Assembly (NCBI GenBank): GCA_963705255.1
Contig: OY970061.1
Coordinates: 1,056,001 to 1,120,000, forward strand
Length of the DNA: 64,000 nucleotides
Direction: 5' to 3'
Origin: an uncultured Methanoregulaceae archaeon
GTDB taxonomy: Archaea > Halobacteriota > Methanomicrobia > Methanomicrobiales > Methanospirillaceae
Shown here piece after piece: positions 33,701 through 41,555 of the stretch. The notes under the pieces are model-generated. The model did no database searches. It was not told where the DNA came from and was given only the letters and a program-made list of their open reading frames with translations. Made by a program: the position numbers and the translations under genes. Positions within the stretch are counted from its first letter, which is position 1. Every line of letters begins with the position of its first letter.

Positions 33701-35720
33701 CTTTCGAGGTCGTGTTGGATCCGCCAACATCGGCAGTGGTTAGGTTCACCGTGTAACTGCCCGCTGACGCGTACGAATGCGACGAGTTCTGCACGACTGA
33801 GAAACTGCCGTCCCCGAACGACCAGTTCCACGAGTTCGGGGTGCTGTAGGTCGAAGTGTCGTTGAACTGCACGGTCAGCGGAGCGTACCCGCTTGTCGGC
33901 GTGCCGGTGAAGTTGGCGACCGGGGCCGTCTCAAAGAAATCAAACTTGCTGAACTGGAGGACCGGGAGGGTAATGCTGGTGTCCCCTACAACAGTGACAT
34001 CCTGTGAGGGGGATACAAAACCGGCATAGTTAAGCCAGGTGCCTTTATCGAACAGCGTGGTCATGGTGCCCGAATCGTCGGTTGCTGTGATCGTGATATT
34101 TCCATACCCGGCGAAGGGGAACCCGTTGGGATACATGGTCAGGGTTGCCGGGAAATTAAATACCGAATTCAGGGCTGTGTTGGTCATCGTGAAGTTGGTA
34201 CTGTTGCCGGCCGGGGATATGGCGAGGTTACTCCCGAGCACCGCGAGACCGGAGTCAGTACCCGGAGTTAACAGATCGAGATCCTGGTCGTAACTGATAT
34301 TCCCGAGGAGCGCGTGGGTTGCCGGGTTCTCGACGACGAAAGTGAGATTATGGGCTGCCGTGAAATTCGGTATCGTACCCCAGTTGGTCGTCTGCGTCTT
34401 GTTGAAGTTCTCCCCCGGTAAGGAATTGTAGGGATCGAAGTTCAGAACGGTCACGTAGCCAAGAGATCCCGGGGTAGATGCGGTAGTACCCCATACATCA
34501 AGATACGTGTTATTCCCAATCGACATGCCTACCGGGACAACTGCAGAGATCGTGGAGAATTTCAGGGAGCTCGTGTCATTCATGAGGATCCCGCTCGATT
34601 CTCCGGTAGTGGTATCTAGGGACAGGGAACTGTTCTGGACAATATCGGTCGCCCGCCCGGTAATGTTGGAATAACCGGCGACCAAACTGACGTTCCCTCC
34701 AAACGGGAAGGTCCATCGTGAAGTATCGATAGTCAGGTTCCTGTTCCCGCCGGAGGGCGACCAGGAGCTGTTGAAGAAGTACCACGAAGTCGTATCTTCG
34801 AAGCTCGTACCGTTAAAGAGATAAATTGGTTGTGGCGAAGTGGTGAAGGGGGTACCGTTCAGAGAAAAACCATCATCCCGGATTACATTTCCGTTCGCTG
34901 ATGGGGCAATATAGATGCTCCCCCCGGGAGCACCCATCTGACTTGTGTCGATATAGATTGGAGGGGAAGATTCTGGTTGGTTCGTTGCCGGGTTCCCTTG
35001 ATTTCCAGTCGCAACTGGTGCCCCGGGTGCGCCATTAAAATTTCCAGTCACGTCAAGTCCTACACCCCCGCTTGAATTGGTGATCAGCGGAGAGCTTTCA
35101 GAATCGCTGATGCTGTTGTAGGATCCTGCCAGCTTGAACACTATCGACAGCTGGGAATTACCGGAGTAAATCTCACCTATCCAAGAACTTAGAGAATTGC
35201 TGTTTCCCGTAAGGTTTACCCCGGTACCAGTGAATGCCCCGGGGTCCAGGTCAGGATGGGGTTCATTAAGAATAAATACATTTGAACTGCCGGTAATTTC
35301 GAAGAGAGAATTATTCCGGAATACCGCAGGTCCGGTGGAATTGTAGCTAAAAAATAACGAATTGACTTGTCCGTGGTTGTTGTCGCTTTGACTTAACGTA
35401 TACGTTTTGAGGGTCCCGTTAAATGCGATCGTTCCATTCAGGAGAATACTATATTGATCAGTCTTATTTTGCTTGATTGTCAGGGATTTGGAGATCTGGG
35501 TAACATTGCCGGGTGTCAGGGTGACAGAGGTATTACTGATCAGGAGGAGTGTCTGTGGTGAGGTGGAACTCGCCGCAGCCACGGCGTCTTCAAGGGTTGG
35601 ATATACAACGCCTGTTTGGGTAATTTGAATCGCCCCGGAACTGATCCAGGGAAGAATCGCAACCGAAAAAAAACAGCTTAAAAGGATTATCACTAAAGCT
35701 CGGTGTCCTTTTCCCCTCAT
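30714..35720 (-). CDS. Large PKD-repeat cell-surface glycoprotein with PGF-pre-PGF-like domain and C-terminal TM anchor
   Basis: Signal peptide, 8 PKD repeats (WNWSFGD), many N-x-S/T sequons, FEAPSPHGLSLFG, TM and basic tail. Confidence 0.88.
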   Translation of the reverse strand: MRGKGHRALVIILLSCFFSVAILPWISSGAIQITQTGVVYPTLEDAVAAASSTSPQTLLLISNTSVTLTPGNVTQISKSLTIKQNKTDQYSILLNGTIAFNGTLKTYTLSQSDNNHGQVNSLFFSYNSTGPAVFRNNSLFEITGSSNVFILNEPHPDLDPGAFTGTGVNLTGNSNSLSSWIGEIYSGNSQLSIVFKLAGSYNSISDSESSPLITNSSGGVGLDVTGNFNGAPGAPVATGNQGNPATNQPESSPPIYIDTSQMGAPGGSIYIAPSANGNVIRDDGFSLNGTPFTTSPQPIYLFNGTSFEDTTSWYFFNSSWSPSGGNRNLTIDTSRWTFPFGGNVSLVAGYSNITGRATDIVQNSSLSLDTTTGESSGILMNDTSSLKFSTISAVVPVGMSIGNNTYLDVWGTTASTPGSLGYVTVLNFDPYNSLPGENFNKTQTTNWGTIPNFTAAHNLTFVVENPATHALLGNISYDQDLDLLTPGTDSGLAVLGSNLAISPAGNSTNFTMTNTALNSVFNFPATLTMYPNGFPFAGYGNITITATDDSGTMTTLFDKGTWLNYAGFVSPSQDVTVVGDTSITLPVLQFSKFDFFETAPVANFTGTPTSGYAPLTVQFNDTSTYSTPNSWNWSFGDGSFSVVQNSSHSYASAGSYTVNLTTADVGGSNTTSKANYINVSAALPIPSFTGTPTFGNEPLDVQFNDTTLSTGIQYWNWSFGDTTWFNTTDITAKNVTHPYSSIGSYTVNLSITNSSGLSFPATITNTTSVANYINVSAALPIPSFTSNITFGNEPQDIQFNDTTLSTGIRYWNWSFGDTTWFNTTDITAKNVTHPYSAIGSYTVNLSITNSSGLRYSCNSYQHDLDGELYQRVSSAADSLLYRYPTFGNEPLDVQFNDTTLSTGIQYWNWSFGDNTPWFNTTDITARNVTHTYSSPGSYTVNLSITNSSGLSFPATITNTTSLLNYISVEGPLPVPEFTGSPRSGNATLTVQFNDTSPSPGITAWNWSFGDSFWFNTTGSAARNATHPYLTEGTYTVNLSVTNSSGTNTTTESGYIVVGPPLPIPAFTGLPTSGNPPLAVQFNDTSPSPGITMWNWSFGDNTPWFNTTDNTARNATHTYSAIGTFTVSLTVTNATGINTTSRAGYISTTQPPPIPSFTGTPTSGTIPLFVQFTDSSTSPSITIWNWSFGDGNWFNTTDATRRDANHTFLFGGSFTVNLTVTNTSGTNTTSQPGYITAFVPPNGVDFTGSPTSGTIPLFVQFTDSSTSPGITVWNWSFGDSNWFNTTDATQRDANHTYTTAGMYTVNLSVTNSSGTNTTSKFGFITATPPPTPVFSSSGGSTGSRGGLIQQVITGPPVTGAPPVSPGPSPKIPAVSPPTNHVITIRIGIIPDGFQALSLPGGEQSFLLNRITAQNAGYVIDVRGNRVTASRSQNVLVIDGQNIQQTSLGLITGSVQDVNFVVQPAPAQVNIGQVAVTAEASLPTIPARADIGVTISDQVTDQTRTAFQQAAVQKDQSITSVGYTATFLKSGIPATAPAVVRMTTPPGWVDQNGGIPAVRVVRIGDDKLTELLATTYAGTDAGGNLIFEAPSPHGLSLFGLVTVKSQSPSAAINGTQATGLARNATGIRLPAFPGGTTGTILIIAFSIFLLALIMVAIRKRGRRYDVLFMK
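31750..33930 (-). repeat. Intragenic tandem array of 8 PKD units (about 270-300 bp), some near-identical at DNA level
   Basis: Repeated gaccagttcca...tcattgaactg blocks; units 2-4 and 7-8 are highly similar. Confidence 0.85.
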
Positions 35721-35961
35721 CAAATATTCAGTGCTCCGGAAAAAACAATGAGGACTTGTTCTTGTACTATAAATCATTTTTTTTGTGTTCTACAAAATAG
35801 AATACGGCGGTATAACCGATCGGGTATTATCCACATCGGAATAAGAGCCAATGGTACCGCAAAAAGGTTTTAAAAAAGGTGGGGCTCGGTGGCATGGAGA
35901 GAAGATCCAGACCGTCTTTTTTATCACCTCTCACCCCCATCTCACTGCTGGTGTGAGACTT

Positions 35962-36459
35962 ATGAGCGGGAGCGTTGTCTTTTCGACCGTAACGATCAGC
36001 AAACCCGGGGACGTGAACGTCGTCATCGGCCAGTCGCATTTCATTAAAACGGTCGAGGACATCTACGAAGTGGTAGCTGGATCGGTGCCAGGGGCCAAGT
36101 TCGGGCTTGCCTTCTGCGAGTCCTCGGGCGACTGCCTGATCCGGATTGAGGGCAACGATGAGGAACTTAAAAACCTGGCCCGGGACAACGCCCGGGCGAT
36201 CGGCGCAGGGCACTCGTTCATCCTCTTCCTGAAGGACTGCTACCCGATCAATGTCCTGAACGCAATCAAGAACATCCAGGAGGTCTGCACCATCTACTGT
36301 GCGACCGCAAACCCTGCCGAAGTCGTAATCGCCGAGTCGGCACAGGGGAGGGGCATCATGGGCGTCATCGACGGGGAGAAGCCGAAAGGCGTCGAGGGGC
36401 CGGATGGGATCGCGTGGCGCACGGACCTCCTCCGGAAGTTCGGGTACAAGCGGGGATAG
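35962..36459 (+). CDS. Adenosine-specific kinase family protein
   Basis: GQSHFIKTVEDIYE, FGLAFCESSG, GHSF, PINVLN and CATANP. Confidence 0.9.
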   Translation: MSGSVVFSTVTISKPGDVNVVIGQSHFIKTVEDIYEVVAGSVPGAKFGLAFCESSGDCLIRIEGNDEELKNLARDNARAIGAGHSFILFLKDCYPINVLNAIKNIQEVCTIYCATANPAEVVIAESAQGRGIMGVIDGEKPKGVEGPDGIAWRTDLLRKFGYKRG

Positions 36460-36487
36460 GTCCGGGACAGGGCCTGGCCTTACCGCC

Positions 36488-37159
36488 CTAGTACCCGAGG
36501 GATTCCCTGATGAGGACGACGGTCACCCGTCCGGGCACCTTCTCCTGGGCAAGGATGACGCATTTCCCGATCATGCTCGGCGTACCGTAGGCATGGAGGG
36601 CCCGGCGGTTCTCGAGAGGATAGACATATTCCCTGACCCTTCGTATGGCATCGTCAACGGTCGGGACGATCTTGTTGATCCCGGATACGATGATGACGTG
36701 CCCGGCGGCAAACGGCCATGCCCCGACCCGGCTCCCGCTCGCGTCGCAGCCGAAGATCTCGCCGGTCTCCGTGATCGCGCTGGCACTCGATACAAAGTAG
36801 TCAGCAGTAACGGATTTCCTCCGGAGCTCCGCCCGTTTCGCATCATCATTTTCCGCCGTGATACCCGTGTGCAGGTCTTTCCAGCCGCACTTTTTTCCCG
36901 CGATCAGGTCCTCAAACCCGATCTCGATGAGCGTGGTCGATGACCCGGTCATCACTTCAGCTCCCTGTGGAATCATCGTTTGCAATTCAGCCAGCGCCCG
37001 GTCACCGTCTTCCACCGGGGTTACGGTGAACCCGTGTCCCTGCAGGGCCTTGATCGCCCGCCCTATAACGTCAGGCAACGGGATCCGGTTCCATTTTCCG
37101 GGGTCAACGCCGGCTTCCGGTATGAGGTTCTCAGCGCTGAATTGTGTTATCCTACCCAT
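36488..37159 (-). CDS. LUD/lactate utilization (YkgG-like) domain protein
   Basis: GSSTTL.EIG, SASAITETGE, D.SGSRV, GINKIV and ESLGY. Confidence 0.85.
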   Translation of the reverse strand: MGRITQFSAENLIPEAGVDPGKWNRIPLPDVIGRAIKALQGHGFTVTPVEDGDRALAELQTMIPQGAEVMTGSSTTLIEIGFEDLIAGKKCGWKDLHTGITAENDDAKRAELRRKSVTADYFVSSASAITETGEIFGCDASGSRVGAWPFAAGHVIIVSGINKIVPTVDDAIRRVREYVYPLENRRALHAYGTPSMIGKCVILAQEKVPGRVTVVLIRESLGY

Positions 37160-37283
37160 ATATCTCGCCGGTTGCCGGGTAGCACACGCAATCATATAAA
37201 TCTGCGCCAACCGGCAGGTTTCTTTGGAAAACGAGGGAACTGCGGCCGGACATCGTGCAGCACCGGGGTCCCCTGAAATTCGT

Positions 37284-40200
37284 TTACTGTCCTGCCGTTT
37301 CCAGCCGGTAGGTCCCTCTGGGCACAATCAACTCAAACCGGGCCCCTTTGCCCGGCTCACCGCTCTCCCGGATGGTTATGCCGGTGATACTGAGGATCTC
37401 CCGGACAAGGTAGAGGCCCAGACCGGTATGTTTCCCTACGCCCCGCTCGAACAGGTGCTTTTTTATCTCTGGCGGGATCCCGGTACCGTTATCCTCAACT
37501 ACGATGATCAGTCCCTCGTCGGTTTCCTGGAATGAGATACGGATCATGGCCAGTCCTTCCTGACCGTGCTTGACCGCGTTGTCGATCAGGTTGTAAAAGA
37601 CCTTCTCAAGAAGGGGATCAGCGAACACTTCAAGGCCATCGCAGTCCACCTGGACCTTCACATTCCGGAGCGGGAGCGCCCCCGAGGCCATGTTGACGCT
37701 TGTGGCCACATCCTGCCAGGCCGGCGCGTTGAGCCCCATGTTCTGGTAATCCCTCGTGAACGCGATCTGGTTCCTGATAGCCCTCGCCGCTTTCAGTTCT
37801 TTCTGCACGAACTCGGCGAGCCGGGCCTTATCTTCGATAAAGCTCCCCGACAGTTCAAGGAAACCGATGAGCACGGTGAGCTGGTTGAGGATATCGTGGC
37901 GGGTGATGCTGTACAAAAGGTTGAGTTTCCGGTTGGCCTGTGACAAGGCCTCCTCAGCCCGCTTCCTCTCGGTGACATCAGAAAGGAAGACGAGGACTGC
38001 CGGCCGGCCTTCCCAGGTTATCAGGCTGACATTGATCTCCATCCAGCGGACTGCCCCGTTCTTGGCAAGTATCCGGAAGATGTAGTTGTGTTCCAGCTTC
38101 TCTCCGGCAAGACGCCTGCGGTGCTGGTCCTGGAGCGTTGCACGGTCATCCGGATGGATGAACTCCAGGAAGGGTTTCGCGGCAAGTTCTTCCGGAGTAT
38201 ACTGGCTGATCTCTTCGGCCTTCCCGTTTGTGAAGCATATCCTCTCGTCCTGAATAACGAAGATGGCCTCGTTCGCGTGGTCTACCAGCGTCCGGTACCG
38301 CTCTTCGCTTTCTTCCGCTTTCCGACGGCTTTCACCGAGGGCCTCGTTATTGGCCCGGAGTTCCTCCTCCATGCCGGTCAGGTGCTCGTTCGCCGCGTTC
38401 AGCTCCTCGTTCTTCCGGACGAGGTCCAGTTCTGCCTTCTTCCGCCGGGTGATGTCATCACAGACGACAAGGACACTGGTTTTCCCGTCCGGGCCGTTCA
38501 CCGCCCGGACATATTCCTCCACCCAGATGACGCTCCCGTCTTTTTTGACCTTCCGGAACTGCCAGTTGAAGATCTGACCGGTCGACTGCAGGCATTTTTT
38601 CAGCTGCTCAGCTACGGCAGGACGATCTTCCGGGTAAAAGACGTTGAGGACCGGCATGCCTTTCAGTTCCTCGACGGTATAGCCCAGCTGGCGTGCACCG
38701 AACCCGTTGACCGAGATCACGGTTCCATCCGGGTCCAGCGTGAAGAACATGGCAGGGGTGTCACGGTAGAGGGTCCGGTACCGCTCCTCGCTCTCCCGCA
38801 ATGCCCCCTCGTCCTGCAGGCGCCCGGTGATGTCCCGCAGGAAAAGGAGCATGGCACTTGCGCCTTTATAGGTAAGTTTTTTGCCAATGCACTCGATCCA
38901 CCGCTCGTTCTTGTTCGTGGTGATGATGCGGTAGTTCACGAAATAACTGTCAGTCCCTGCAGCAACCTGCATGAAATCCCGGATGGCGTTCAGCCGCATT
39001 TCCGGGGCTACGAAATCAAGGATATTGATCCTCATGGCAGGATCAAAGTCGGGGAGCTCGACGATCTCAACGGCCCTCCGGTTTGCAAAGAGGACCATTC
39101 CCAGGAAATCTACGATGATGATCCCATCGTTGGACAGTTCCACCATGGCGCGGAAGGTCTCCCCGCTCTCCCTCAGCGTCTGCTCTTTCGAACTGAGTTC
39201 GTCATAGTTTTGCCGGAGTTCTTCCTCGGTAGAAGTGAGCTCCTCGTACGCGGCATGGAGGTCCTCGCTGCGCCGGACCAGCGCCTCTTCGGTCTCCTTG
39301 AGATCGGTGATATCCCGCCCTACCGACAGGTATTCAGTGACCCGCCCGTCTTCGCCGTACAGTGCCCGGTCGGACCACTGCTGCCAGCGAATCTGCCCGT
39401 CGGGCATGATGATGCGGTACGTCACCGTGGCCACCGGGTGTTCCCGGGTCAGCGATGCAGGATGGTTCCTGACAAGCGTCCTGTCATCGTCATGAATTTC
39501 CGGGACAAATTTCCCGCCTATGATCTCCTCGCGCTGCCTGCCGAAATACCGGCAGTAGGCATCGTTGACAAAGACATGCGTGCCGTCCGGGAGGACCCGC
39601 GAGATGAGCTCGGTCTGGTCCTCGACCACACTCCGGTACCGGGCTTCGCTCTCTTTTAAGGCCGCTTCTGCCCGTTTGCGGTCGGTGATGTCCTTGAAGA
39701 TCCCACGGGTATACTGGGGCTTCCCGTCTGTCATCTTGCAGTTCGCAATCCCTTCGACATAGACTTTTCTCCCGTCGCGGGCCTGGAATACTGCGTCCAA
39801 AATCCCGACATTCTCGCCGGAGATCACCCGGGTGAACATCTCCTGGCAGTGATCCAGGCTGTCCTTGTGGATGATATCAAATATCCGGAGCCCGGGGAGG
39901 TCCTGTACCGAGTACCCGAGGATGTCCAGCCATTTTTTATTCACATAGAGGAAGCGCCCGTCCGGTGCAACGCTCTGGATCAGGTCATTGGCATTCTGGA
40001 GGTCATGGAACCGCTGCTCCTGCTCGGCCAGGGCGGTCTGTGCCTCCCGCATCAGGACAGATTTCCGGATCACGTGCATGAGTTCGGCGAACATGACTTT
40101 CGTGTCGCCGCCCTTCTGGAGGTAAAAGTCGGCCCCGCAGTTCAGGGCCTCGATCACGACCTCCTCGCGGCTCCGCCCGGTCAGCATGATGAACGGGATG

Positions 40201-40418
40201 AGGTTGCCGCCGGTCCTGACTATTTTTAAGAATTCGGTGCCGTTCATCTCCGGCATCTGGTAATCGGAGACGACGGCATCGTAGGTTTTCCTGCCCAAGG
40301 AGACGAGCGCCTCGCGGGCCGAGGTGACCGTGTCGACGCTGAACTCACCGCCCTGCTCAAGGAAGAGCTTGCCGATCTCGAGAAGGTCGGGTTCATCGTC
40401 TACATACAGGACCAGCAA
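37284..40418 (-). CDS. Hybrid receiver-PAS-histidine kinase
   Basis: Receiver, 5 PAS/PAC domains, ITRHDILNQL, YNLIDNA, DNGTGI and GLGL. Confidence 0.93.
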   Translation of the reverse strand: MLVLYVDDEPDLLEIGKLFLEQGGEFSVDTVTSAREALVSLGRKTYDAVVSDYQMPEMNGTEFLKIVRTGGNLIPFIMLTGRSREEVVIEALNCGADFYLQKGGDTKVMFAELMHVIRKSVLMREAQTALAEQEQRFHDLQNANDLIQSVAPDGRFLYVNKKWLDILGYSVQDLPGLRIFDIIHKDSLDHCQEMFTRVISGENVGILDAVFQARDGRKVYVEGIANCKMTDGKPQYTRGIFKDITDRKRAEAALKESEARYRSVVEDQTELISRVLPDGTHVFVNDAYCRYFGRQREEIIGGKFVPEIHDDDRTLVRNHPASLTREHPVATVTYRIIMPDGQIRWQQWSDRALYGEDGRVTEYLSVGRDITDLKETEEALVRRSEDLHAAYEELTSTEEELRQNYDELSSKEQTLRESGETFRAMVELSNDGIIIVDFLGMVLFANRRAVEIVELPDFDPAMRINILDFVAPEMRLNAIRDFMQVAAGTDSYFVNYRIITTNKNERWIECIGKKLTYKGASAMLLFLRDITGRLQDEGALRESEERYRTLYRDTPAMFFTLDPDGTVISVNGFGARQLGYTVEELKGMPVLNVFYPEDRPAVAEQLKKCLQSTGQIFNWQFRKVKKDGSVIWVEEYVRAVNGPDGKTSVLVVCDDITRRKKAELDLVRKNEELNAANEHLTGMEEELRANNEALGESRRKAEESEERYRTLVDHANEAIFVIQDERICFTNGKAEEISQYTPEELAAKPFLEFIHPDDRATLQDQHRRRLAGEKLEHNYIFRILAKNGAVRWMEINVSLITWEGRPAVLVFLSDVTERKRAEEALSQANRKLNLLYSITRHDILNQLTVLIGFLELSGSFIEDKARLAEFVQKELKAARAIRNQIAFTRDYQNMGLNAPAWQDVATSVNMASGALPLRNVKVQVDCDGLEVFADPLLEKVFYNLIDNAVKHGQEGLAMIRISFQETDEGLIIVVEDNGTGIPPEIKKHLFERGVGKHTGLGLYLVREILSITGITIRESGEPGKGARFELIVPRGTYRLETAGQ

Positions 40419-40635
40419 TGAGCATCACACACAGAACTTTCAACCCGTTCTTTAAATAATTATATATTTGATATACTCACGTCCATGGAGACCCTGGAAG
40501 ATTTCCCCGGTTTTTGGGAACGCAAGGGGGCTCTTTAATCCATGGTTACTTCATCTCATACAACAAATACTATTCTGGTGATCTGTTCTCGACTATCAGA
40601 GACTATTCGTATTTTCGCTATCACCAGGACACCGT

Positions 40636-40920
40636 ATGAAAGAAGTCACTATGAAAGCAATTTCCTTTGAAACTCCTGAAGTTTTTGTGCCAACTCCCAC
40701 ACATCTTGACATCCTCCGGGCCGTCGCAGACAAACAGAGCTGCCACATCAACCAGGTTGTCCAGAAGCTGTATCCCGGCCACAGCGAGAGCAGTGTCCGG
40801 TCCGGCGTCAGGGTCCTCCTCTCCAAGCGATATCTTGACGGGGGAAAGTCCAGCAGCGAGATCGTGCTCCGGCTCACGTCCCGGGGGCGCCTCCTTATCC
40901 TGCCGTCACCAGCCAACTGA
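40636..40920 (+). CDS. Small winged-helix protein
   Basis: ILRAV...ESSVRSGVRVLLSKRYL...LRLTSRG wHTH pattern. Confidence 0.65.
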   Translation: MKEVTMKAISFETPEVFVPTPTHLDILRAVADKQSCHINQVVQKLYPGHSESSVRSGVRVLLSKRYLDGGKSSSEIVLRLTSRGRLLILPSPAN

Positions 40921-41114
40921 TCCCTTTTTTCTTCTTCCGTTGCCTGATGAGAAGCGGAGGCTTTGCGGAATCTTGGATTCCTGTGCCTTATCCGGGATAT
41001 GCAACCTATGCGGAGCGAAGGCAGTGATTGGAGATCCCTGTGGAGGGCGTCACCAGTTTGAAGGGCATAAAACGAAAACGTTCTTTTCAAAAATATTCAC
41101 AAAATCGTGGTTTA

Positions 41115-41187
41115 CGCCCAGGTCGGAATTCGAATCCGAGTCGATTGCGTGACAGGCAATCATGATAGGCCGCTACACTACCTGGGC
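41115..41187 (-). tRNA. tRNA-Asp(GTC)
   Basis: GCCCAGG/CCTGGGC acceptor stem, ATTGC-CTGTCAC-GCAAT anticodon arm, TTCGAAT T-loop; no encoded CCA. Confidence 0.96.
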
Positions 41188-41200
41188 ATTGTTACAGTAA

Positions 41201-41306
41201 TCCCGCCTCCCAGATTCGAACCGGGGACATCGCGGTAGCCGCGCAGTTGCCTGAATCGGCAAACCATACTACAGCCGCGCACTCTACCAGGCTGAGTTAA
41301 GGCGGG
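41201..41306 (-). tRNA. tRNA-Tyr(GTA) with a 32-nt intron at 37/38 (41237-41268)
   Basis: CCCGCCT/AGGCGGG acceptor stem; BHB formed by CUGU:GCGG helix with AG|U and CU|A bulges. Confidence 0.95.
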
Positions 41307-41476
41307 GCACTGCGCTACTAATGTTAGGCAAGTTTGCTATTAAACGTATCGTAATGCCCGTGGATTCCATACCGTAAAAACCGCCGATCAGTGAGTGGTG
41401 CAGGATCCGGCGTGAAAATGCGCCACGCATTTTCAGTAACCGTGCAGAACGCGATTTTACGCGTTCAACACGCTTA

Positions 41477-41484
41477 TTTATATA
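41477..41484 (+). promoter_or_regulatory. TATA box (TTTATATA) of leuA
   Basis: Consensus archaeal TATA ending 23 nt before the ATG at 41508. Confidence 0.7.
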
Positions 41485-41507
41485 ATCTGCACACCTATTC
41501 TGTTTGT

Positions 41508-41555
41508 ATGACTGCTCGCAAGGATGTTGCGGGGGATCGTCTTCTTCACCGATAG
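41508..41555 (+). CDS. Putative leaderless leader peptide MTARKDVAGDRLLHR overlapping the leuA start
   Basis: ATG at the predicted TSS; tandem CTT CTT Leu codons at 41541-41546; TAG at 41553-41555. Confidence 0.5.
   Translation: MTARKDVAGDRLLHR

Noticed and set aside
38088-39659. Long antisense ORFs (also 2778-4010, 45196-46380, 51357-52853, 62328-63296)
   Set aside because: Shadow frames of well-supported GC-rich genes with no recognisable motifs
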